DNA from: Anaerolineales bacterium
GTDB lineage: Bacteria; Chloroflexota; Anaerolineae; Anaerolineales; UBA6663
DNA: 64,000 nucleotides
Assembly (NCBI GenBank): GCA_034434015.1
Contig: DAOUAB010000111.1
Location: forward strand, 2,208 to 66,207
Reading direction: 5' to 3'
In this document: positions 38,058-45,679 of the stretch, one piece after another
Position numbering within the stretch: the stretch's first letter is position 1
Layout of the letters: every line of letters starts with the position of its first letter
Translations under genes and position numbers: made by a program
The notes under the pieces: generated by a model
The model's input: only the letters and a program-made list of their open reading frames with translations
Told to the model about the DNA's origin: nothing
Databases searched by the model: none

Positions 38058-38873
38058 TCAGCGTTTCCAGCGCAGCAAGCGGCGCTCCAGCAGCGTGACG
38101 GCGCCATACAGGCCGAGGGCCAGGGCCACCAGCGCGCCGACGGCCACGAACACCAGGGCGGTATCGTACTGGCCGCGTCCCAGGTTCACCAGGAAGCCCA
38201 GCCCGCGGTCGGCGCCGACGAACTCGCCCACCACCGCGCCGACCACGGCCAGCGTGGCCCCGATCTTCAGGCCGCCGAACAGGACAGGCAGGGCGGCCGG
38301 CACCTCCAGCTTGACGAACGTCTGCCAGCGCGTGGCGTTCAGCGCGCGCATCAGGTCGCGCAGTTCGGGCGCCACCGAGCGCAGGCCGACAACGGTGTTG
38401 ACCAGCATCGGGAAGAACACGATCAGGGCGCAGACCACCACCTTGGACAGCAGGCCCGGCCCGAGCCAGAGGACGAGCAGCGGCGCGATGGCCACCACCG
38501 GCACGGATTGCGAGGCGACGATGTACGGCGTCAGCGCGCGCTCCAGCGTCGGCGATTTGGCGATGACATAGCCCAGGACTGTGGCGACCGCCAGGCCGGC
38601 GCTCAACCCCGCGCCGACTTCCAGCAGCGTCACCTGGGTGTGGCGCCACAGCGTGCCGTCGCTCAGCAGGTCCAGGAGCCGCGCCCATACCCGGGCCGGC
38701 GGCGGCAGCAGGAAGGCCGGCAGCCCGCTGAAGCGGGCCACGGCCTCCCACAACAGCAGGGCGCCGGCGGCCGAGCCGAGGCCGGCCAGCCACCGCCGGT
38801 TGAGCCGCGGACCGGTCCGCGCCGGCGGCGTGGGCGAGAGCGTGGAGGGGAAAGTGGTCTTGGTCACAGTCAT
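38058..38873 (-). CDS. ABC transporter permease (NitT/TauT family)
   Basis: Six TM segments with a BPD-transporter EAA-like loop (LRDLMRALNATRWQTFVKLEVPAALP). Confidence 0.85.
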   Translation of the reverse strand: MTVTKTTFPSTLSPTPPARTGPRLNRRWLAGLGSAAGALLLWEAVARFSGLPAFLLPPPARVWARLLDLLSDGTLWRHTQVTLLEVGAGLSAGLAVATVLGYVIAKSPTLERALTPYIVASQSVPVVAIAPLLVLWLGPGLLSKVVVCALIVFFPMLVNTVVGLRSVAPELRDLMRALNATRWQTFVKLEVPAALPVLFGGLKIGATLAVVGAVVGEFVGADRGLGFLVNLGRGQYDTALVFVAVGALVALALGLYGAVTLLERRLLRWKR

Positions 38874-38903
38874 AACAAAACCCCGAAGAGGGACTCTTCG
38901 GGG
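38874..38903 (-). terminator. Terminator / SD-sequestering hairpin abutting the permease ATG
   Basis: Minus strand reads CCCCGAAGAG-TCC-CTCTTCGGGG, then TTTTGTT, then ATG. Confidence 0.6.
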
Positions 38904-39019
38904 CGGTGAGCGCGCCAGCCGCGCGGCGGCGCCGTCAGCCGGCGCGCAGCGGCCTGAGCTGATCGCCGTGCGCGCGGGCCGGGTCCGAAAACAACAACCC
39001 CGTTGACGTGATGTTCCAC

Positions 39020-39200
39020 GGCCAACGGGGCGGTCGCTCTACGGGCTGACAGCGAAAACGCAGAGCGTTTTCGCCGTAAACTGGCGCGCAGCGCCAGCGA
39101 CACCTTCTTTCAATCCCGACTATACGGTCGGCTCCGGATTTTCACCGGGATCATGCGGCCGGTCTGGCCGCTCGCGGGCTTGTGGGTGTGCGTCAGCACG
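39020..39200 (-). promoter_or_regulatory. Riboswitch-like structured leader; best guess cobalamin class (unverified)
   Basis: Minus-strand strings CCCGGTGAAAATCCGGAGCCGACCG (about 39146..39122) and AGCCCGTAGAGCGACCGCC (39047..39029) resemble the cobalamin-riboswitch core and B12 box. No covariance-model search was possible. Confidence 0.35.
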
Positions 39201-39333
39201 CACCTTTACCGCCGATCGGGAATTGAGCCGGTTTCGCCTGTCTCACGACCGCGGCGCGCAGCGCCGCGATAAGGAACGCACAGCGCTCCGACTCTCACCC
39301 TGCCCCGAAGGTTATTGATATACAATTGCAGAC

Positions 39334-39363
39334 ATTATATCGCCCGTTCACCGGGCCAGTCAA
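39334..39363 (-). promoter_or_regulatory. Sigma70-type promoter candidate TTGACT-18 nt-TATAAT driving the long leader
   Basis: Read on the minus strand within an AT-rich patch between divergent genes. Confidence 0.55.
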
Positions 39364-39425
39364 TTGACGAACGTCCTCTCTTTTGTCCGTGCTGCCGACA
39401 CCCCGTGAGCGCCCCCGGATCATCC

Positions 39426-40730
39426 ATGCAGGCACAATTGCTTCGCCGGCTTGAGGCCAGGACCGCCGTCGTCGGCGTCGTCGGCCTGGGCTATGTGGGC
39501 CTGCCGCTGGCGGTGGAGTTTGCGCGCGCCGGCCTGCGCGTCATCGGCGTGGACGTGGACGCCCGCAAGGTCGATCACCTGCGCCACGGCCGCAGCTACG
39601 TGCAGGATGTGCCGGGCGACGTCGTCGCCGACTTCGTCGCCCGCGGCCGGCTCACGGCTGCCGCCGACTACGCCGGGCTGCGCCAGGCCGACGCCGTGAT
39701 CATCTGCGTGCCCACGCCGCTGCGCAAGACGCGTGACCCGGACATGGCCCACGTGGTGGACGCGGCGGACCGGGTCATGGCGCTCTGCCATCCCGGCCTG
39801 CTGATCGTGCTCGAGAGCACCACCTACCCCGGCACCACCGAGGAGATTTTCGAGGCGCGTCTCAAAGAGCGCGGCTTCCGCGTGGGCGAGGACGTCTTCC
39901 TGGCGTTTTCGCCGGAGCGGATCGACCCCGGCAACCCGCGCTACGGCGTGCGCAACACGCCCAAGGTCGTCGGCGGCACGACGCCGGCCTGCGCGGAAAC
40001 GGCCGTCGCCCTGTATCGACTCGCGGTGGACACGGTCGTGCCGGTCTCGTCGCCGCGCGCGGCCGAGATGGTGAAGCTGCTGGAGAACACCTTCCGGGCC
40101 GTCAACATCGGCCTGGTGAACGAGGTGGCGCTGATGTGCGCCCGGCTGGATGTCGATGTCTGGGAGGTGATCGAGGCGGCGGCCACCAAACCGTACGGCT
40201 TTATGAAGTTCACGCCCGGGCCGGGCATCGGCGGGCATTGTCTGCCCATCGACCCGCTCTACCTCTCCTGGAAGCTCAAGACCCTCAACTACACCGCGCG
40301 CTTCATCGAGCTGGCGGACACGATCAACTCTCAGATGCCGCACCACGTCATCGGCCTGGTGGCCGACGCGCTGAACGAGGACGGCAAACCTCTGCGCGGC
40401 GCGCAGGTGCTGGTGCTGGGCGCGGCCTACAAGAAGGACGTCGACGACGTGCGCGAGTCGCCCGCCCTGGACGTGATGATCGAATTGCAGAAGCGCCACG
40501 CCCAGGTGCGCTACGCCGACCCGCACGTGCCGGAGCTGCGTCTGGGCGACGCGACCCTGCGCGCGCAGCCGCTCACGGCCGGGGCCCTGGCCGCCGCCGA
40601 CTGCGTGGTGGTCGTCACCGACCACTCGGCCTTCGACTGGGACCTGGTCGGCGAGCACGCGCGCGTGATCGTGGACACGCGCAACGCGCTCAGGGGCCGC
40701 CGCACGCGCGCGCGGGTGGTGAAGCTGTAG
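39426..40730 (+). CDS. Nucleotide-sugar (UDP-glucose/GDP-mannose family) 6-dehydrogenase
   Basis: Start at MQAQLL. NAD fold VGVVGLGYVGLPLA and catalytic GGHCLPIDP. Length 434 aa. Confidence 0.88.
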   Translation: MQAQLLRRLEARTAVVGVVGLGYVGLPLAVEFARAGLRVIGVDVDARKVDHLRHGRSYVQDVPGDVVADFVARGRLTAAADYAGLRQADAVIICVPTPLRKTRDPDMAHVVDAADRVMALCHPGLLIVLESTTYPGTTEEIFEARLKERGFRVGEDVFLAFSPERIDPGNPRYGVRNTPKVVGGTTPACAETAVALYRLAVDTVVPVSSPRAAEMVKLLENTFRAVNIGLVNEVALMCARLDVDVWEVIEAAATKPYGFMKFTPGPGIGGHCLPIDPLYLSWKLKTLNYTARFIELADTINSQMPHHVIGLVADALNEDGKPLRGAQVLVLGAAYKKDVDDVRESPALDVMIELQKRHAQVRYADPHVPELRLGDATLRAQPLTAGALAAADCVVVVTDHSAFDWDLVGEHARVIVDTRNALRGRRTRARVVKL

Positions 40731-40739
40731 GCCGGCCGC

Positions 40740-42968
40740 ATGTCCGCCTCCCCCGCGCCTCCGCCTCAGCGCCGCGACCGGGCCGTGGCCCTCGGCCTGG
40801 GCCTGTTCTGCCTGGCGCTCTACCTGCTGACATTCGCGGGCCAGTTCCGGTCCATTGATGAGCTGGCGCTGTACGCCGCCGCCGAGAGCCTGGCGCAGAC
40901 CGGCCGGCCGGGTCTGGACCTGATCCGTTTCGCCGCCTACCACAACTTCATCAACGCCTTTGAGCCGGGGCAATCGGCCCTGGCCGCGCCCCTGGTGTGG
41001 CTGGCGCGCCGCGCGCCCGAGGTCAGCAACCTGCACGCCGCGCTGCTGCTCAACCCCGTGATCACGGCCCTCAACGCCGCCGCGCTCTACGGGCTGGGCC
41101 GGCGGCTGGGTTACGCCGTGCGGCCCGCGCTCGGTCTGGCCGGCGCCTTCGCGCTCGGCACCCTGGCCTGGCCGTACGCCAAATCTTTTTTGCGCGAGCC
41201 GGCGGTCGGCTTGCTGTGGACGCTGAGCCTGGGAGGCCTGCTCCGTTTCGCCGAACGCCCGACGGGGCGGGCCGCCGCCGCCGCCGTCGCCGCCGCCGCC
41301 GCGGCGCTGGCCTTCAAGTTCGCGGCGGTGGTCGCGCTGCCGGTGGCGGCGCTGGGCCTGGCCTGGCCGCTGTACCGCGCGCGCCGCGTGCCGCTGGCCT
41401 GGCTGCTGGCCGGCGGCGGCCTGCTGCTCGCCGGCCTGGCCGCCGCGGCCCTGCTCGTCTTCAACCTGCGCGGCTACCCGCTGTCTGCGCTGCTGGGCAA
41501 CTTCACGGCCAATCCCTTCAGCCGGGAGGGGATCACGCCGTGGTATGGCCTGCTCTTCAGCCCGGGCAAGGGCCTGTTCGTGTTCGCGCCGGTTACGGCG
41601 CTGGCGGTCCTCGGCTGGCCGGGTTTCTTTCATCGCCACCGCCTGCCCGCCGTCCTGGTGGTGGTCTGGACGCTGGCGATGCTGGCCGCGCTGCGCGCTT
41701 CGGGCTGGTGGGGCGGCCTGGCCTGGGGGCCGCGCTATCTGCTGCCGCTGGTCCCGGTGTTGATGCTGCCGGCGCTGGAGGCCCTGGCGCGCTGGCGCTG
41801 GGCCTGGGCCCTGGCGGCGCTCAGCGTGCTGCTCCAGGCGCTGGTGGCCGCCGCGAACTGGAGCGTCGGCTACGCCGGCCTGTTCGAGCGTTACCCTAAC
41901 CCGGACACCAGCCTCGGGCTGGACTGGACGCGCTGGGCGGAGACGCCGCTCTTCCGGCTGTTGCAGCGCTGGGGGCCGGGCGCGTGGGACCTCGTCTGGC
42001 TGCGCGCCGGGCCGAACGGCGAAGTCAACTTCGACCTGCCGCTCGGCCTGGGCCTCGGCCTGGCCGTGGTCGTCACCGGCGCGGCGCTGGCCTGGCTGTT
42101 GCGCGGCGGGCGCGCCCGGCCCGCGCTGGCGGCCGGCGGCCTGGCGGCGGCGGCCGCCATCCCGCTGCTGCTCTGGCGCGGCTACTGGAACCTGCCGGAT
42201 TACGGCGGGCTCCCGGCGGACCTGGCGCGGTCGCTCGCGCGCGAAGTGAGCGGCGGCCCGTACGCGCCGGAGCGCCTGGTCAACGTCTCGGCCGACTTCG
42301 GCGTCTACCCCTGGCTGGGCCTGCTCAAAGGCCCGGCCCGCGCGGCCTGGATCTCGCCGCTGGAAGAGGAGCCTGGCGCGGTCCTGACGCCCGGAAGCGG
42401 CGAGCGCCTGGCCGTCGTCATGGACTGGACGCATCTGTGGGGCCACGCGCCGCAGGCGACCCTGGCCTGGCTGAATGCGAACGCGTATCGCTTCGCCGGC
42501 GGCTGGCGTGAAGGGCTGGAAGTGTATTACTACAGCCTGGAGGCTGAGCCGGAGCAGAAACTGCCGGCGGCCGCGGTCTGGCCGCTGGGCGTGACGTTGA
42601 CCGAAGTGCGCGTGCCGCGGGCGTTTGGGCGCGGCGATGCGCTGCCGGTGGCCCTCCGCCTGCGCTGCGAGGCCGACCCGTGCGACACGACCACCGCGCT
42701 GTTCGTCAACCTGCTGGGGCCGGACGGCGTGGTGCTGGCGGGCGGCGATAACCCGGTGCAGTTCGGGGCGCTGACGCCGGGGCGCTGGCGGGCCGGCCAG
42801 ACCGTGGTGGACCGGCGCGGGGTGTGGATCCCGCCCGACGCGCCGCCGGGGGAGTATGAATTGCTCGCCGGCTTTGTGAACGCCGAGGGCTTCGTGCCCG
42901 TGACCGGCGCGGGCGGCGAGACCGCGCCCTATGCCACGCTGACCCGCGTCGTCATCGGCGCGCCGTAA
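40740..42968 (+). CDS. Large polytopic membrane protein, putative GT-C (ArnT/PMT-like) glycosyltransferase with C-terminal soluble domain
   Basis: At least 10 predicted hydrophobic helices. An early-loop acidic motif FRSIDELALY resembles GT-C first-loop D/E motifs. About 230-aa non-membrane C-terminus. The family assignment is an inference. Confidence 0.45.
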   Translation: MSASPAPPPQRRDRAVALGLGLFCLALYLLTFAGQFRSIDELALYAAAESLAQTGRPGLDLIRFAAYHNFINAFEPGQSALAAPLVWLARRAPEVSNLHAALLLNPVITALNAAALYGLGRRLGYAVRPALGLAGAFALGTLAWPYAKSFLREPAVGLLWTLSLGGLLRFAERPTGRAAAAAVAAAAAALAFKFAAVVALPVAALGLAWPLYRARRVPLAWLLAGGGLLLAGLAAAALLVFNLRGYPLSALLGNFTANPFSREGITPWYGLLFSPGKGLFVFAPVTALAVLGWPGFFHRHRLPAVLVVVWTLAMLAALRASGWWGGLAWGPRYLLPLVPVLMLPALEALARWRWAWALAALSVLLQALVAAANWSVGYAGLFERYPNPDTSLGLDWTRWAETPLFRLLQRWGPGAWDLVWLRAGPNGEVNFDLPLGLGLGLAVVVTGAALAWLLRGGRARPALAAGGLAAAAAIPLLLWRGYWNLPDYGGLPADLARSLAREVSGGPYAPERLVNVSADFGVYPWLGLLKGPARAAWISPLEEEPGAVLTPGSGERLAVVMDWTHLWGHAPQATLAWLNANAYRFAGGWREGLEVYYYSLEAEPEQKLPAAAVWPLGVTLTEVRVPRAFGRGDALPVALRLRCEADPCDTTTALFVNLLGPDGVVLAGGDNPVQFGALTPGRWRAGQTVVDRRGVWIPPDAPPGEYELLAGFVNAEGFVPVTGAGGETAPYATLTRVVIGAP

Positions 42969-42982
42969 GAGGGGGGGAGCGC

Positions 42983-44536
42983 ATGACACAGTACCTGCCC
43001 ATCGTCGTCGCCGCCACGCTTCTGGCCTTCCTGGCGACCCCGGTCACGCGCTGGCTGGCGCGGCGCCTGGGCATGGTCGATCAGCCCGGCCTGCGCAAGG
43101 CGCACCGCGCGCCCACGCCGCTGTTGGGCGGGCTGGCGTTGTACGTCGGCGTGAGCGCGGCCTTCCTGGCCTTCGGGCAGCGGGACTGGTTCACCCAGGG
43201 GCTGGGCATCCTGGGCGGCGCCACCCTCCTCTTCGTCACCGGCCTGTGGGACGACCGGTACGGCCTGCCGGCCTGGCTCAAGCTGGGGGCCGGCGTCGTC
43301 GCCGCGCTGTTTCTGACGGTCTTCGGCGTGCGCGTCCAGTTGTTCGGCGTCTGGTGGCTGGACATGGCCATCACGGTCGTCTGGGTGGTGGGCCTGACCA
43401 ATGCCGCCAACCTGATGGACAACATGGACGGACTGGCGGCCGGGCTGACGGCCGTGGCGGCCGCGTTCTTTTTTCTGATGGCGGCTCTGGAGGGGCAGGG
43501 GTTGGTGGCCAGCCTGGCCGGCGCGCTGCTGGGGGCGGCGGTCGGCTTCCTGTTCTACAACCTGGCGCCCGCCGTCAGTTTCATGGGCGACGCCGGCTCG
43601 TTGACGATCGGCTTCCTGCTGGCCGCGCTGGGCATCCAGATCCGGTTTCTGCAATACCCGCTGGCCTCCACCTGGATGGCGCCGATCGTGGTGCTGGGCG
43701 TCTTCATCTTCGACACCACGCTGGTCACGGTTTCGCGGCTGCGGCGCGGGCGTTCGCCGTTCCAGGGCGGCTCGGACCACACGTCACACCGCCTGGTGCA
43801 GCTGGGGCTCAGCCAGCCGCGCGCCGTGCTGACGCTGTACGTCGCCGCCGTCTCGCTCGGGGCGACGGCCGTGATGCTCACCCGCCTGGAGCCGCTGGTC
43901 GCCAACATGCTCTTCGGCCTGCTGGTGGCGGCCGGGCTGACGGTCCTGCTGGTCTTCGAGCGCGTCGAGCCGAAGCTGAGCGGCGACCCGGCGCTGGTGC
44001 TCATCCCGGGGGACGGCGGCACGGCGGCGGCGCTCAGCGCCGTCGTTACGCTCAGCCGGGACGTCACCGTGCTGTTGGCGCCGCGGCGCGTGAACGGCGC
44101 GCTTCGGCCTTCGCGCGCCGAGGCCGTCGAGGCGCTGGCGGCGCTGGCCGAGGACCCGGAGGCCGTGCGGGCGTTGCTGGCGGGCGGCCTTTCGGATGAG
44201 TGGCCGCGCGATCTGCCGGCGCTGCATCGCGCGTTGCGCCTGCACGGCCGGGTGCTGGCGGTGGGCGAGCTGACGGACGCTGAGGCCGAGAAGGCGGCGC
44301 TGGCCGCGCTGCGCCGGGCGCGGCTGGTGGTGCTGGGCCCGGGCGATCCGGCCTCGGCGCTGGCGTTGCCCGGGATTAGCGCGGCGCTGCGGGCGGCGCC
44401 GGACGTGGTGTGGGCCGGCGCGGGGCCGGCGCCGGCCGGGGAGGCGCTGGCTGCAAACACGCCGGCCGGGCTGCGCGAGGCGCTGCAACAGCGGTTGCTG
44501 CGCCAGGCGGCAGGCATGGCGAAGTCATCTGTGTAA
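42983..44536 (+). CDS. Polyprenyl-phosphate N-acetylhexosamine-1-phosphate transferase (MraY/WecA family) with about 190-aa C-terminal extension
   Basis: GLWDDRYGL, NAANLMDNMDGLA and SFMGDAGS motifs of the GT4 (MraY/WecA) family. Ala-rich soluble tail from about aa 330. Confidence 0.85.
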   Translation: MTQYLPIVVAATLLAFLATPVTRWLARRLGMVDQPGLRKAHRAPTPLLGGLALYVGVSAAFLAFGQRDWFTQGLGILGGATLLFVTGLWDDRYGLPAWLKLGAGVVAALFLTVFGVRVQLFGVWWLDMAITVVWVVGLTNAANLMDNMDGLAAGLTAVAAAFFFLMAALEGQGLVASLAGALLGAAVGFLFYNLAPAVSFMGDAGSLTIGFLLAALGIQIRFLQYPLASTWMAPIVVLGVFIFDTTLVTVSRLRRGRSPFQGGSDHTSHRLVQLGLSQPRAVLTLYVAAVSLGATAVMLTRLEPLVANMLFGLLVAAGLTVLLVFERVEPKLSGDPALVLIPGDGGTAAALSAVVTLSRDVTVLLAPRRVNGALRPSRAEAVEALAALAEDPEAVRALLAGGLSDEWPRDLPALHRALRLHGRVLAVGELTDAEAEKAALAALRRARLVVLGPGDPASALALPGISAALRAAPDVVWAGAGPAPAGEALAANTPAGLREALQQRLLRQAAGMAKSSV

Positions 44537-44681
44537 ATGGTTGTCTATAGTGCTTGAAACCAGCAAGGCTACCCCACCAGTCGCAATCCCAGGGGCCTGA
44601 AACGCTTTGCACGGTTTCTCGTTCAGCTGGAGACCCATTCTAAGTTTCGACTCCGGGCATCTTTAATATCCCGGGCTTGGG

Positions 44682-44710
44682 TTGACAGTCGATTGGCGAC
44701 CGGTTAGGAT
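44682..44710 (+). promoter_or_regulatory. Sigma70-type promoter candidate TTGACA-17 nt-TAGGAT upstream of wzm
   Basis: Read directly in the 300-nt lower-GC spacer at the island boundary. Confidence 0.5.
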
Positions 44711-44838
44711 GAACGGTGCTTTCTTAAAAGATGGGAGACTTTGGGTGGATCTGCCCATTGCTTCATAGATTGGCCTGCTTATTTCTATTGCTCGACTGCG
44801 AGCTATTCCCAGAGGGGTCGCTGACTGATTGACGAACC

Positions 44839-45669
44839 ATGATTACCCCCGATCCTGCCTTACGCATTGAGCCTTCACGAGGCTGGCAAACGGTTGACCT
44901 ACATGAGTTGTGGCAACACCGCGACCTGCTGTTTTATCTGGTCTGGCGCGATATTCGGGTCTCGTATAGCAACACCGGCCTGGGAGTGTTCTGGGTGCTG
45001 CTTCAGCCGCTCTCTACAGCCATCATCATCACGTTCGTGCTCGGGCTCTTTGCCAAGGTGCCGACAGGCGGCCTGCCGTACCCAGTGCTGGTGCTCTCGG
45101 GCTTGGTGCCTTGGATGTACTTTCAGAATGCGGTCGCCACGGCGTGTTCAAGTATGGTGGCGAATTCCTACCTGCTCTCGAAGGTCTACTTCCCGCGCCT
45201 GATCATCCCTGTGGTTCCCTTGCTGGTGGGCCTGGTGGATGCCGGCGTGCTCCTCACGGCCCTGTTGGGGGTGGCGCTGGTGTTCAGGCTCTCCCTGGCC
45301 TGGACCTGGCTGTTCCTGCCGGTGGCGCTGCTGGCGGCGGCGGGCCTGGCCTTGGGGGCCGGGTTGTGGCTCTCGGCCCTTAACGTGCAGTTCCGAGATG
45401 TCGGCCGGCTCGTGCCCGTGCTGCTGCAGATTGGTCTGTACGCCAGCCCCATTTTTTACCCGGTCAGCTTAGTGCCTGCCAACTGGCGCTGGCTGTATGA
45501 CCTGAACCCCGTTGTCGGATTAGTGGAGGCAATGCGCTGGGCGGTGTTCTCGTTTGAGCGTTTTCCGCTGGGCGCTTTTTCGTGGACGTGCCTGGCCGCC
45601 GTGTTGCTCATCGTCACCGGCGCGTTCGTCTTCCGGCACATGGAAGAGAATGCGGCGGATGTGGTATAA
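44839..45669 (+). CDS. wzm: ABC-2 type polysaccharide export permease (Wzm/TagG-like)
   Basis: Six TM segments. N-terminal RDLLFYLVWRDIRVSY and ABC-2 signature region. Adjacent to wzt. Confidence 0.85.
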   Translation: MITPDPALRIEPSRGWQTVDLHELWQHRDLLFYLVWRDIRVSYSNTGLGVFWVLLQPLSTAIIITFVLGLFAKVPTGGLPYPVLVLSGLVPWMYFQNAVATACSSMVANSYLLSKVYFPRLIIPVVPLLVGLVDAGVLLTALLGVALVFRLSLAWTWLFLPVALLAAAGLALGAGLWLSALNVQFRDVGRLVPVLLQIGLYASPIFYPVSLVPANWRWLYDLNPVVGLVEAMRWAVFSFERFPLGAFSWTCLAAVLLIVTGAFVFRHMEENAADVV

Positions 45670-45679
45670 CCCTAAAATC

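Noticed and set aside
38874-39330. Other identities considered for the structured leader: TPP riboswitch, RNase P RNA, tmRNA, SRP RNA, glycine riboswitch
   Set aside because: On either strand I could not find the TPP CUGAGA...ACCUGAUC core, the RNase P GAGGAAAGUCC / ACAGAAxCCGGCUUA blocks, a tmRNA tRNA-like end or the GGAGAG...ACCGAAGGGGCAA glycine motif. Only cobalamin-like strings were seen, and even those are unverified.
41270-41310. GCC/GCG codon run (poly-Ala) as a possible slippage-prone simple-sequence repeat
   Set aside because: It is imperfect at the nucleotide level and encodes a hydrophobic Ala/Val stretch within a TM region. There is no evidence of phase-variable design.
39420-42989. 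Very long (1189 aa) minus-strand ORF antisense to the dehydrogenase and GT-C genes
   Set aside because: The translation is low-complexity and rich in R/G/A/P/Q/H, with no recognisable motifs. The + strand carries clearly recognisable genes. Long stop-free antisense frames are expected at this GC content.
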